This document shows, piece after piece, positions 11,530-25,072 of a DNA stretch of 64,000 nt. This DNA is from Felis catus (lineage: Eukaryota). Each line of letters opens with the position of its first letter. The first letter of the stretch is position 1. The translations under genes and the position numbers were made by a program. Where the stretch lies: positions 7,070,001-7,134,000 of the forward strand of contig NC_058383.1 of the NCBI RefSeq assembly GCF_018350175.1, written 5' to 3'. The notes beneath the pieces are model-generated. The model was given only the letters and a program-made list of their open reading frames with translations. It ran no database searches and had not been told where the DNA came from.

Positions 11530-13175
11530 TCATGTCAATGGACTCACAAGCAAAGTAGCCATGGCAACAGGGATGGTGGTTATGCATGGGCTCAGCAACA
11601 TGGACCTCTACTCACTGAAGCTGGTCTAGCTACAACCACTGCTGGGTGCCCAGTCGGCCAACAGCAGAGACCAACACGGAGTCTCTGATAAGGCAGCATT
11701 CACCAAAGGAATCAGCCAGCTACCTGGTGGCACACTGATTATGTTGGACTGCTTCCAATGCGGAAGGGACAATACTGTGTTCTTACTGGAATAGACACTT
11801 ACTCTGGATATGGTTTCACCTTTCTTGCCTATAGTGCTACCGGCACAACTACCACCTGCAGACTTATAGAATACTTATTCAACATGATGGCATTCCAAGA
11901 AGCATGGCTTCTGAATAAGAAATTCATTTCACAATAAATGAAGTGTGGGATTGGGGCCATGCTCATGGAATCTACTGGGCTTACCACAGTTTCCACCATC
12001 CTCAAACAACTGGCTTGATAGAATGGTAGAACAGCCTTTTGAAAACTCAGTAACAACACAATGGAGCGATGTCCTCCAGAATGTGGTATGTGCTCTAAGT
12101 CTGCATCCAGCTTAGAGTGCTGTTTCTCCTATTGCAAGGGTTCACCGGACCAGGAATCAAGAGGTAGAAATGGAAGTGAGTCCTCTTACTATAATGTCTG
12201 TAACTGTTGTCCCCCAGCAAAATGCTTGCTTCCTGTCCTTGCACTTTTAGACTTTGCTGGTTTAGAGGTCTTAGTTCCAAGGGGAAGTATTCTTCCACCA
12301 GGTGACACAACAATGATTCCATTTACTCAGAGTTGAGACTGTCACCCTGCCACTTTGGGATCCTCATATCACTGAATCAACAAGCAAAGGAGGTTACTCT
12401 ACTGGCTTGGTGTGATTGATCCTGACTAGCAAGGAAAAACTGAGTTGCTACTATACCATGGGGATAAGAAGGAGCACATCAGGGATGTAGGATATTTTCT
12501 ATGGTGTCTCTCTATACTCAAATGTCCTGTGATAACAGTCAGTGGAAAACTACAACAACCCAATTCAGACAGGACTGCTAAGGGCCCAGATCCTTCAAGA
12601 ATGAAGGTTTGGGTCACTCCACAGGCAAGGAAAAATGACCCTGTGGAAAAAGGAAATATGGAATGGGTAGTGAAAGAAATAGTTATGAACACCAGCCATG
12701 ACCATGTGACCAGCTGTAGAAACCAAAAGTGTAATAGTCATAGGCATTTCTTCCTTATTTTAATATGAACATTTTGTACATGTATATCACCCAAATATTT
12801 TTGTTTTCTTCCCCTTGGCCATCCCTTTTTCTAACAAAAGATATATTAATATAATTAATTTCATATCTCAGTATGAATTCAACTAGATTAATATAGTTAA
12901 ATATTAAATATCTCAGCATTTAAGCTATAGGACATAAAAGCAGGAGTATAATCAGATAGGAGTATAATGAATTTTGCCTAAAGACAAAAAGAGGATTTTG
13001 TATCCTCTTATGGGGAAATGCTTGATGTGTTTTATATTCTCCTCTTGGGAAAAGGATAACATGTTTTTTCATTATACATGGGATAGTTGTATCATGTTAG
13101 GTGGAAGGGTAACTTGGTATTGTCTTTATTGTGAAGTTAAGTATAGTTTAAAGAGTTGTGTATAGGTGCCAAGTG
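11530..13175 (+). mobile_element. ERV-L internal remnant: integrase plus dUTPase
   Basis: HKQSSHGNRDGGYAWAQQHGPLLTEAGLATTTAGCPVGQQQRP (HHCC region), ATWWHTDYVG.L, VLTGIDTYSGYGF, then dUTPase-like AGLEVLVPRGSILPPGDTTMIP and GVIDPD. A dUTPase after the integrase is diagnostic of ERV-L. Multiple stops and frameshifts. Confidence 0.9.
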
Positions 13176-14789
13176 AACACATAACAAAGCCACCATATTT
13201 ATGTACCTGAACACAAAAAAAGATATGTTCTGGGTAGACCTGAAAGCCTTCAAATCGGGCTGATAAAACTAGGATTATGAAATTTAATCATCCAGATTTC
13301 CCAATCAGCCCTTTATCTAATTTTTATGTGAATACTGACCAGAATGATAGTTTGGTCTTCATGGGAAAGCTCAACTCAGCAGAATAATAGTCCAAATTGA
13401 TCCCCAGCCATCCCTCTTTATGTTTTTCCTCCTGAACATTTCCTTAGATCTTTATACATTCCAGATTATCTACTTACTTTTTAAAGCAAATAACTCAGAA
13501 TTCAATGTATTCTTCAAAATATAATTTGACCACTAAGAAAGAGGTCACATTTTCTCTCTCCAAATTAATGCAGTCTGGATTATCTATCTGGCCATCCCCC
13601 TCACATTGCCATTTCAAACTCGCCTCTTGTGGATTAAGAGCCCAACCTTCCCCATGCTCCCTCCAGTCACTCCAACCCAGTCAAAACATCCACATATTTC
13701 TCTTTTACTTAGATATCCATACTCTTCCCCATCTCCTTCCTTCCTGGTTTCCATCTTTCTCTGTAAGTCTCCACAGTGTAAATTTTTCCATCACCTGATT
13801 CATGTCCCTTCCTCTCTTAGGCAACTTTCCTAATAATTTTGCATTTTGATTTGTGGCCCTCAAGTGACTTTTTCTTCTGCCATTTCTGGAAACTTTGTTC
13901 ACAAACTGTCCAAATATCACCCTTTGACTAAAGAGATGGGGAAATAAGCTGACAATACCAGAGGATACCCTAACTTCTAATAAAGATTTCCTAGATACCT
14001 CAAGCCCCAGCATTACCTTACCCGGAATTCCTTCTGCAGAGACTTGTGGGCAGAACAAATACAGAAGTGGAATAGAGAGGGCTGGATAGGTCCACACTGA
14101 CTCACACAGTGGCTACTGATCACTCAGGTTTTTCTGAGGTGCTCATCACACTTTCTTGTCTAATCCTGGAAATCGCCATTTAAATTCCAGTGGAATGGCA
14201 TAAAAGATATTGTCCTACACAGTTCATTGTTGACACTAATTATCTTAGTGACAGAGTATCAACAGGAACAACAGTAACTGTAATTCTGTAATGCTCTTGC
14301 AATCTGTCCTCAGATTTTGAACTCGGCAGTGCACATCATGACAGATTAAGTAACTGAACTTCTTTAACCTCTACTAGTGGGGCCTTTGAATCATGCATAT
14401 ATTTCCTCTGCCTCTAAACATGTATCTGAGCCACTGCTCTATCCCAAAATGGAAATGCAAGCTTGGACAATAAAAATTTCCATTAATGTGACCTGATTAA
14501 GAAGCTGCATTTAATATTAGATTAATCTTCAATGAGTCCAGAGTCAAAAGAACATCTGTTTTGGATTTTCCCCTATTTTGAATCACCCAAGGCACTCTCT
14601 TCTTAGCTTTATACTTCCTTTTCTGCTTAACTAGAATTTTTTTTTCTAGCACTGGTGTTTTTAGAATAAGCCCCTTCCTAACTGCATGAATCTTTTCTCA
14701 GCAGCAATCATAGGGGTGAGAATGAGGATAGACTTTTCCTGACATGAACCAATCTTGAGGACAGAGGAGCAGCATCTGTGAGAAATAGA

Positions 14790-15100
14790 ACATCCCTCTA
14801 ATTCAGAAGACCTATGATGTCATCTGAAGCAAACTGAGGACACTAAATATATGGCATCAGGGATCCCAACCCAGGGGACATATCCTGAATCTTTTCTGGA
14901 AACCATTACTCAAGATGCCAATTAGACTTGCCATATGAATTGAGATAAGCATTCCCAAAGGGCTTTGCTTAAAGTTTACTTGTAGGGGTCAGGGGAATGA
15001 GATATTTTGAGGAGTGTAGATCTGAAGATACATGGGAGTATCTTCTCCAAGGGCCAATTAACTATGGAGACAAACAATCCCGAGAGTCCCTAGCTTGTTT
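14790..15100 (-). promoter_or_regulatory. Candidate OR2AE1 promoter (homeodomain plus O/E-like sites)
   Basis: CAATTA (TAATTG on -) at 14919-14924 and 15055-15060. O/E-like sites CCCAGGGGA (~14870-14878), TCCCAAAGGG (14953-14962) and TCTCCAAGGG (~15044-15053). Unique sequence about 5 kb upstream of the OR coding exon. Confidence 0.4.
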
Positions 15101-16020
15101 TTCATCTTAGAACTCAGATCACCCTAGCCCCTTTCCATCCAACCCTTTTGAGAGCACAATCTGAGAAAGATCTAATCCCTATTGCCCACAACACACTTTA
15201 GAAGGTTTCCTCATGTGCCATATCATAGAAAAGAAGTCAAGGAATGGAGGCAGGCAATTAACCACTAGACTTTCCCACCCTGACTATGGGTCAAACTCCA
15301 ATTTTACAGACTACATTAATATAATATGTGAAAAGATTTCAGATACAAAAGTTAAAGAAGAAAATGGCATATCTCTTTATCTTCTTTGTATTTACTACCA
15401 TCTCATCCTCATATCCTACTCTTCCTCTCCATTATAGGGATATGTTGAACTATTCTTTGTTTCTCTATCTCAACTCAAATACTAAAATGTCTTACTTCAC
15501 TGAACTTATCTTGTTTATTCTTTGAGTAGATTGAATGTATCATTACTTTCTTCAAAACCTACTGTCTAATACTTTAAGCTGGTGCTCTCTTTCTCACCAG
15601 AATATAATCTTTCTCTAATTAAGGCATATATGGTACTTATATAATTCACTAACTTATTTGACAAATATATGATAAGCATCTGCTATATCCCAAGCACAAT
15701 ACTGGGTGCCATGTGTACACTGATTAACATGCAAGCATAGTGTCTTCCCTCATGGGATTTACAGATACAACAAACAAACAAGTAAAACATATCATGTTAG
15801 GCTAAAAGTTTGTATTGATCAGTGCTCTTGTGACAATACTCAAGTGATATAAAAGAAAACTTATACTATCTTAAGGGAAAGGTGTGAAATCACAGCAATG
15901 AATACGGTTGAACGGATCTCAGAATCAGCTAGATTCAGTAGCATGAATAATGTGTCTTCTTTTCCCATCTTTCATCTTGGCTTGGGTCTCTGTGTTGATC
16001 TTATTCTCTCAGGCATTTTT

Positions 16021-16648
16021 TTTTCTTTTCCAATTTTTATTTAAATTCCAGTTAGTTAACATACAGTGCAATATTGGTCCTAGGAGTACAATTGAATGGT
16101 TCATCGCTTACATACAACACCAAGTGTTCATCATAACAAGTACCCACCTTAATACCCATCACCCATCTACTCCATCCTGCACCCACCTCTCTCCATCAAC
16201 CCTATTGTTAAGGGTCTCTTATGGTTGGGGAGCCTGGGTGGCTCAGTCAGTTAAGGATCCAACTCTTGATTTTAGCTCAGCTCATGATCTCACAGTTCAT
16301 GAGTTCAAGCCCCAAGTCAGGCTCTGCACTGGCAGTGCAGAGATTCTGCTTGGGATTCTCTCTCTCACTCTCTCTGCCCCGCCTCTGCTTGCCTGCTTTC
16401 TCTCTCTCTCTCAAGATAAATAAATAAACTCTTTTTTTTTTAAAGTCTCTTATGATTTGTTTCCCTCTCTCTTTTTCCCTCTCTGATATGTTTATCTGTT
16501 TTGTTTCTTAAATTCCACATATGAGTGAAATCATATGGTATTTGTCTTTCTCTGACTGACTTATTTCACTTGGCATAATACATTCTAGCTCCAACCATGC
16601 CATGGCAGATGTCAAGATTTCATTCTTTTTTATGGCTGAGTAATAGTC

Positions 16649-16697
<49 letters not shown>

Positions 16698-18630
16698 CCA
16701 CAATCTTCTTTGTCCAGTCATCAGTCAGTGGACAGTTGGGCTCTCTCCATAGTTTGGCTATTGTTGATGATGCTGCTATAAACATGAGGGTGCATGTCTC
16801 CCATGGAATCTGTATTTTTGAATCCTTTGCATAAATACCTAGTAGTGAAATTTCTGGGTCATAGGTTAGTTCTATTTTTAACTTTTTGAGGAACCTCCAT
16901 ACTGTTCTCCAGAATGACTGCACCAGGTTGCATTCCCAGCAACAGTGCAAGAGAGTTCCCCTTTCTCCACATCCTTGCTAACACTTGTTGTTTCTTATGT
17001 TGTTAATTTTAGCCATTCAGACAGGTGTGAGGTGATATCTCACCATGGTTTTCATTTGTATTTCCTTGATGATGAGTGATGTTGAGCATCTTTTCATGTG
17101 TCTGTTAGCCATCTGAATGTCTTCTTTTTTTTAATTTTTTAATGTTTAATTTTGAGAAAGAGAGAAACAGCATGAGCAGGGGAGGGACAGAAAGAGAGGA
17201 AGACACAGAATCTGAAGCAGGCTCCAGGCTCTGAGCTGTCAGCACAGAGCCCAATGCAGGGCTTGAACTCATGAACCACGAGATCATGACCTGAGCCAAA
17301 GTCAGACGTCTAACTGATGGAGCCACCCAGGCGCCACCATCTGGATGTCTTCTTTGGGAAAGCATCTATTCATGTCTTCTGCCCATTTCTTCCCTGGATG
17401 ATTTGTTTTTGGTGTTGAGTTTGATAAGTTCTTTATAGATTTTGGATACTAGCCCTTCATCAGATATGTCATTTGCAAATATCTTCTCCCATTCCATAGG
17501 CTGCCTTTTAGTTTTGTTTCTTCCTTCACTATGCAGAAGCTTTTTATCTTGATGAAGTCCCAATAGTTCATTTTTGCTTTTGTTTCCCTTGCCTCTGGTA
17601 ATGTGTCTAGTATAAAGTTGTTATGGCCAAGGTCAAAGAGGTTGGTGCCTGTGTTCTCCTGTAGGATTTTGATGGTTTTCTGTCTTACAATTAGGTCTTT
17701 CATCCATTTTGAATTTATGTTTGTATATGGTGCAAGAAAGTAGTCCATTTTCATTCTTCTGCATGTTGCTGTCCAGTTTCCCCAGTACCATTTGTTGAAG
17801 AGACTATCTTTTTCCCATTGGATATTCTTTCCTGCTTTGTCAAAGGTGAGTTGACCATATAGTTGTGGATCCCTTCCTGGATTTTCTATTCTGTTCCAAT
17901 GATCTATGTTTCTGTTTTGGGGCCAGTACCATCTTGTCTTGATGACTACAGCTTTGTAATATAGCTTGAAATCCAGAATAATGATGCCTCCAGTTTTCTC
18001 TTTTTCAGGATTGCTTTGGCTATTTGGGGTCTTTCGTGAATCCATACAAACTTTAGGATTGTTTGCTCTACATCTGTGAAAATTGCCGGCGGTATTTTTT
18101 TTAAGTTTATTTATTTATTTTGAGAGACAGAGCATGGGCATAACATGAGTCGAGTGGTGTGTGCAGAGAGAGGGAGGAAGAGAATCCCAAGCAGGCAATG
18201 TGCTGTCAGGACGCGGGACTCTATCTCACCAACCAATATGTGATCATGACCTGAGCCAAAATCCAGTCTGAGGCTTAACTGATTGAGCAACCTGGGCGCC
18301 CCCTGGTGGCATTTTGATAGGAATTGCATTAAATGTGTAGATTGCTTTGGGTACTACAGACATTTTAACAATATTTGTTCTTCCAATACATGAGCATGGA
18401 ATGTTTTTCCATGTCTTTGTGTCCTCTCAATTTCTTTCATAAGTGTTCTATAGCTTTCAGAATACAGCTCTTCTTTACCTCTTTGCTTAGGTTTATTCCT
18501 AGGTATCTAATTGTCTTTGGTGTGATTATAAATAGCATCAATTCCTTGATTTCTTTTTCTGCTGCTTTGTTATTGGTGTATAGAAATGCAACAGGTTTCT
18601 GTACATTGGTTTTATATCCTTCAACCTTGC
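16021..18630 (-). mobile_element. 5'-truncated carnivore L1 with nested SINEs (16227-16428 +, 17122-17335 -, 18095-18303 -)
   Basis: The ORF at 17449-18045 is L1 ORF2 (GGI...DFKLYYKAVVIKT.WYW...WNRIE...QL.FDKAGKNIQWEKDSLFNKW). TSD CTCTCAGGCATTTTT at 16006-16020 and 18818-18832. Confidence 0.92.
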
Positions 18631-18639
18631 TTCCGCATT

Positions 18640-18815
18640 TTTTTAAGTTTATTTATCTATTTTGATAGAGAGAGAGAAAGGGAGAGAGAGAATCCCAAGC
18701 AGCTCTATGCTCAGCACAGAGCCCATCACAAGGCTCGATCTCACAACTGTGAGATCACGACCTGAGTCAAAATCAGGAGCTGGCCACTCAACCAGCTGAG
18801 CTACCCAGGTCCCCC
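18640..18815 (-). mobile_element. CanSINE at the L1 5' junction
   Basis: tttaagtttattt...gagaatcccaagc...gagctacccaggtcccc. Confidence 0.88.
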
Positions 18816-19249
18816 TGCTCTCAGGCATTTTTATATAGAGGGTACACATACAGCTGGAAACTTTGGTGCCATATTTATGGCTTAACATCTAATACTCCAT
18901 CACCTCCAATTTAAAAAACTCTGGAAAAGAATTCTGTTCAACGGTTTAGCCTGGTGGCCACTCTTTGGAGCAATCACTGTGTGCCAGGAGCCTGCAGAAA
19001 AATGATGGACTTGCCTAGGACCAGTGCCTGTCTCTTGCAGGGGTTGGAGAGGTAGGGTGGTAACACAGCCACCAGAATCACATGGATCTGGATCAAAGTA
19101 GTATCACAAAGAAACCATGGTTTGAAGGGGTGACTTTAACAGAAGTAGGGAAAGAATCCATAAAGGACAAAACAGTGCATAAACCTACTAAAGTGTGATA
19201 AAAGAAGAATTCACTATGCCAGAGTAAAACAGAGAAGTTGCTATATTAG

Positions 19250-19740
19250 ACTGGGTCATAAGGGAAAGCCTCTTTAAAGAAGTGGCATCTAAGCTAAGAT
19301 CTCTAAATTAGGGTAAGTGTTAACCAGGTAACTAAAAGCAAAAAGAGGTCCAGATAAAGGCAAAGACATGTTAAAAATCCATGAGTTGAGAAAATGTGTG
19401 GTGTACTTGAGGAGCTGAAAGGAAGCCAAAGTGACAGGAGCTACAGTGAGGAAAGAGGTAGGAGATGATGTCAGGGAAATAAGCATGAGTCCAAAAAGAG
19501 AAAAAGCAAGGCCTTGAAGGTTTCATACAGAGTCTTTAGAAAGCTTCTAAGCAAGGGAATATCAAGATAAAATGTACATGTTTTAATTTACACTAGATGA
19601 TGCAGGAGGGTGGACATATACCAGTGGTAAGGACAGAAGCAGTGTGGCCACTTATGAAGTTGCTGCTCCATTCCAAGGAGAAACAATAGTGCTTTGGACT
19701 AAGACTGTAGCAGAGAATGACTTCAAGATGTTTTCAGAGG
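19250..19740. mobile_element. L2 fragment
   Basis: agggaaagcctctttaaagaagtggcatctaagctaagatct...ggaagccaaagtgacaggag L2-like purine-rich sequence. Confidence 0.6.
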
Positions 19741-20599
19741 GTGTCATTAACATAACCTGAAGATTCATTTATTTATTTAATTGAATTAGAATTTTTTAGA
19801 TGTTAAGATCAAAATCCTTATTGAGCATAAAGGACTGTCATGATAGAAGACTAATAAAACTGCTTTTAGAAACAGAGGTTTAAAGGTGTCATGTAAAATT
19901 AATTATGAAGGAAAATACTAGGACAAAAATATACAACTTTCTTAAATTTCAGAACTATTTAAAAGGAAAAAAGTAGATATATGTATAAAGATTTTAAAAA
20001 TAAGAGCAGAAAACATATGAATACAATGTGACAGAATACAGGACAAAGATAGCTGAGCTATTAATAAATGTAAATGGACTTAATCCAGTTATTCACTGAA
20101 AAATATTTTCAAATTAGGTCACAAAGAAAAATTGAACTCTATTGAAATTTTTTTAATGTAACTCTAAAAAAAGTAGTTCATAAGGCTAAATATAAAAGGA
20201 TGGGCAGAGCTAAATTAACATTTTTAAAAATAAGGATTTTTATCTTAGCATCTAAAAAATTCAAATTCGATTCCAAAGGCATGAAAGACAAAGAAAATAC
20301 TGTAATGTTAAAGGGTATTCTCTGAAGTGTATATAACATCAACATTGAAATCTATAAGAGACTGTAAAAATGGATGCAATCTATAATGAAAATATAGTAG
20401 TTATGAAATGTAAGTACCAACACAGCAACAACACTCAATTAAGCAAATTATAGGAACTACAGGAGAAACAGAGATTCACTGTTGGAAGAAAATATTAATC
20501 CACCTCTCAGTCTAAAAAAGATTAGGTGGACAAAAATACAATTCAAGACTGAAGAAAAGAAAGATCCCTAACCAACATAGTCTGCTGAGAGAACCTGCC

Positions 20600-20860
20600 T
20601 GGTGCAGTGATTAAGCGGAGGAATATGGGGCCCAGAGATCCTGAATTCAAATCCCAGTTCCAGTACTTACTGGCTATGTAGTCTCAGGCTAGTTACTTCA
20701 ACAGCTATGCTTATTTTCTCTTTTGAAAAATGGTGTTGAAAATAATATATACTTCACAGGATTTTATGAGAATTCAATAAGTTAATATGTTTAAAACATA
20801 CAGAATAGTGTCATGGTGCCTGTTACATAGTAAGTTCTATGTACGTGTAAGCTATTATTA
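20600..20860 (+). mobile_element. MIR
   Basis: cctgaattcaaatcccagttccagtacttactggctatgt...tcacaggattttatgagaattcaa...agctattatta. Confidence 0.75.
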
Positions 20861-21249
20861 TCCACAAGAACGTAGCTCTACAAGGGCAGAGCTACATTCT
20901 GATTTGTGCAGAAGATGTTTTCTTCACTGATGCATTCTCATTACTTAAAACAGAATTTGAGTTTTCTGACTACAGATAATTTTATGTAATCATATTACCA
21001 AGATAGGTTTGGAAAAAAGCCAGAAATTTAACACATCTGTTTTAATTTCTCTGTTCATAAATCCACATTACTTTATAATAATGTATATTAAGCATTCAAG
21101 TAATACAATTAGAATATGACAAGTATTAAGGTACTCAAGAATTCCAATTAAGTAAAACGTGTTGTCTAGTGAAAATAAAATCAGAACGAGAGGTAGAGAT
21201 GGTTTGAGTGTGAGAAAAATCCTTTTCTAATTGCTTAAAACATACTTGT

Positions 21250-22786
21250 AGGGACTTCTGGTTCTAAAGATGGAGTAACACAGGTGGGATTTTCCCTTCT
21301 GCCTGAAATTACTAAAAAATGCACAAAATGTATGAAAAAAACAATTTAAGATACAAAACATCAGATTTTTTAAAAAGACAGTGATCCCTGCCCTAAGAGT
21401 TTCCAGGTTTCAGTGCTAGAAGAAACCAGTGGAAGCAAACCAACTCCCTGAATTAAGAATATGGAGTTGATAGTCTGAAAATTCCATGCTTAGTGGAATT
21501 TGTAGGTCAGAGTATGCTAGAGAGAAAAAAAAGCTGCACAGAGAGAAAAATCCAGAGATGTTCAGGAGCTTTCCCTCTTGTATTTAGCAGAGTATTGACC
21601 AGCATATGCACTTGATGCAACTACCCAACGCTTGGAAAAAGAATTACCTGAAAATATTGGGGGAACAGTACCTGGATCTGGACCAGGCCAGGAGCGGTGC
21701 CTGTTACCACCACCAAACCAGAAAAACAGTTTTAGAGTATTGGGTGCAATATGCAGAAGGGTCTTGAGGAATAATTAGACCTAGACTACACCCTGCTATG
21801 GTTCTGCCTAACAAATCCTAAAAAGCAAGCTCCAAAAGGATTCAATTCACAATAATTTAACTGCATTCCAGAAAAAAAAGCTCAAGAATATTTGTAGGAA
21901 TACAAAAATATCCAGAACATGGCAAGGTAAAATTCATAATGTCTAGCATCCAATAAAAAATTACCAAGCATGCAAAGAAACAAGAAAATATTACCCATCA
22001 TGAATAGAAAAAAATATGTGACTTGAAACCAACCCAGAACTGATACTCAATATACCAATTTAAGGTATCTTATTGATTATGTGGTTTAGAGCAGACAGAA
22101 TTAGCAAAGACATTGCACATATTACAACTGTATTCCATCTGTTCAAAATGCTAAAGGAAATATTAGGCATGTTAGTAGAGACAAGAAAGATAAAACACAA
22201 ACACATATACATGTTTCTAGTGTTGAAAACTACAGTGTCTATAATGAAAAACACTCCATAATAATTAGCAGCAAATTGGACATTGCAAAAGAAAATACCA
22301 GTATATGAAGACAGCACATAAACTATTCAGAATGAAACAAGATAGAAAAAAAAGTCTAAAAAATAATGAACAGAGCATCTGTGATCTTTAGGATAACCTC
22401 AAACAGCCTAATATACATATAACTGGAGTCCTGAAAGAGCAGAGATACAAGGGCTAAAAAAAATTTTTTCAGGTGGGCGCCTGGGTGGCTCAGTTGGTTA
22501 AGTATCCTACTGTTGATTTTGGCTCAGGTTATGATCTCATGGTTCATGGGATAGAACCCTGCGTCAGGCTCTGTGTTGACAGTGCAGAGCCTGCTTGGGG
22601 TCCTCTCTCACCTTCTCTCTCTGCCTCTCCCCCTCTCATGCTCTCTCAAAATAAATAAACAAACTTAAAAAAAAAAGAGGGGTGCCTAGGTGGTTCAGTC
22701 AGTTAAGCATCTGACTCATGATCATAAGGTTCATGGGTTCGAGCTCCATGTCGAGCTCTGTGCTGACAGTTCAGAGCCTGCTTGGG

Positions 22787-22832
<46 letters not shown>

Positions 22833-22847
22833 CCTCCCCTGCTCATG

Positions 22848-22880
<33 letters not shown>

Positions 22881-23198
22881 AAGAATAAAAATAAATTAAA
22901 ATTAAAATTAAAGTTAAAATAAATAAAAGAATGAATGAATGTTTGAGGAAATAATAAAACACTATTAGCTAAATAGACCAAATTGGGGGTACCTGGGTGG
23001 CTCAGTCAGTTAAGCTTCCGACTTTGGCTCAGGTCATGATCTCACAGTTCATGGGTTCGGCCCCGCATTGGGCTCTGTGCTGACAGCTCAGAGCCTGGAA
23101 CCTGCTTCGGATTCCATATTTCCCTCTCTCTCTCTCTCTCTCTGCTCTTCTCCTGCTCACACTCTGTCTCTCGCTCTCAAAAATAAAAAAATAAACGT

Positions 23199-23247
<49 letters not shown>

Positions 23248-23700
23248 ATAGACAGACCAAATTGACACTTGTAAAACACTCCATTCAACAAAAGAATAAT
23301 ACACATATTTCAAATGCATATGGAACGTTTATCAAGATAGACTATTTTCTGGGCCATAATAAAATCATCAGCAAATGTTTTTAAGTTTATTTCTTTTGAG
23401 GGGGGAGAAGGGCAGAGAGAAAGGGAGAGAGAGAGAATCCCAAGCAGGCTCCAAATGAGCCCGACGAGAGGCTTGAACTCACAAACTGTGAAATCAAGAG
23501 TCAGACATTTAACCGACTGAGCCACCCAGACACCCCAAGCATCAATAAATTTTAAAAGAATTTAAGTCATACAAACTGTTTTTCAGGTCACAATAGAATT
23601 AGAAATAATAACAGAAAGATCTCCAGAAAAATCTCAAATATTTCTTAATAGCGTAACTCTAAATAGTGTATATCAAAAGATAAATCAGAGGAGAAATAAG
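21250..23700 (+). mobile_element. Old L1M 5'/ORF1/endonuclease remnant interrupted by four SINEs
   Basis: gacttctggttctaaagatggag L1 5' start, ORF1-like A-rich sequence, and the endonuclease motif ggaacgtttatcaagatagactattttctgggcca. Confidence 0.7.
22474..23536. mobile_element. Cluster of four CanSINEs (22474-22677 +, 22678-22935 +, 22985-23249 +, 23378-23536 -)
   Basis: Repeated gggcgcctgggtggctcag heads with (CT)n and (AAAT)n tails. Confidence 0.92.
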
Positions 23701-23709
23701 TAGGTATTT

Positions 23710-25060
23710 GTTTTGTTTAAACCACTTTATTGAGGTATGATTGGCATACAAAAAGCTATGCATATTTAATGAATAAAACTTGATGAGTTTGGAGATAAAT
23801 GTACATACATTAAACCATCACTATAATCTATGCCATCTATACCCATCACCTCCGAAATTTCCTCCTGCCTTATTTTTTTGTGATAAGAACACTTAACGTA
23901 GGATCTCTTACCAAAATTTTATGTATACAATACCATATTGTTAACTACAGTATGTATGCTGTACAACATATCTCTAGGACTTATTCCTCTTGTATAACTG
24001 TAACTTTATAACCATTAACTAATACTTCCCATTTCTGCCTCCCCCCTCCCCAGTCCTTTGCAACCAGCACTCTAATCTGTGCTCCTATGAGTCTGACTAG
24101 TTTAGATTACATAAATGTGTAAGTGGTATCAGGTAGCATTTGTCCTTTTGGTTCTGGCTTATTTCACTTAACTGATGTCCTCCAGATTCGTCCATGTTGT
24201 CAAAAATGGCAGGACTTAAAGGCAAATAATACTTCACTGCATGTACATACCATTTTCTTTATCTATTCATCATGATGTCCATGATCTGATGGACATTCAG
24301 TTTTGCTTCCATGCCTTGGCTATTGTGAATAATGCTGCAATAAACATGAGTTTATTAATATCTCAAAGATTACTCTTTGAGATATTGATTTCAAGTCTTT
24401 GGGATATATAGTTAGAAGTGGATTTCTAGCTCATATGGTAGTTCTATTTTTAATTTTTTGAGGAACCTCCATACTACTTCCCATCTTTTGCTTTCTTGAT
24501 AATAGCCATCCAAATAAATGTGATGCTATATCTGCTTGCAGATTTGATTTGCATTTCCCCAATGATTAGTCATGTTGAGCACTTTTTCATGTACCTGTTG
24601 GTCATCTGTATGTCTTCTTTGGAGAGATGTCTATCCAGAGCCTTTGCCCCCCCCCCTTTTTTTTAATAGGGTTATTTTATTTTTGGTATTGAGTTGTAGA
24701 AATTCCTTATATATTCTGGTTATTAACTCTCTATCGGATCACGGTTTGCAACTATTTTCTCCCACTCCATAGGTTGCCTTTTCATTTTGTTGATCATTTA
24801 CTTTGCTGTGCAATGTTTTAATTTGATGTAATACCATTTATTTTGCTTTTGCTGACTGTGCTTTTGGTGTCATATCTAAGAAATGATTGCCAAGGCCAAC
24901 ATCAAGGTTTTACAGTTCCAGGTTTTACATTTAATTCTTTAAGCCATTTCACGTTTTTTGCATAAGGATCTAACTTCTCAAAAACCACTTCTTGAAGAGC
25001 CTATAATTTCCCCATTCTGTATTCTTGACACCCTTGTTGAAGAACAGTTGACCAAAATGT
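23710..25060 (-). mobile_element. L1 3' end (L1MA-like)
   Basis: ctttattgaggtatgattg...ttctggcttatttcactta...ttttgaggaacctccatact...gatttgcatttcccc. Confidence 0.85.
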
Positions 25061-25072
25061 CAAATTTAAAAT

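Noticed and set aside
17449..18045. 198-aa ORF
   Set aside because: L1 ORF2 fragment of a truncated, SINE-interrupted element.
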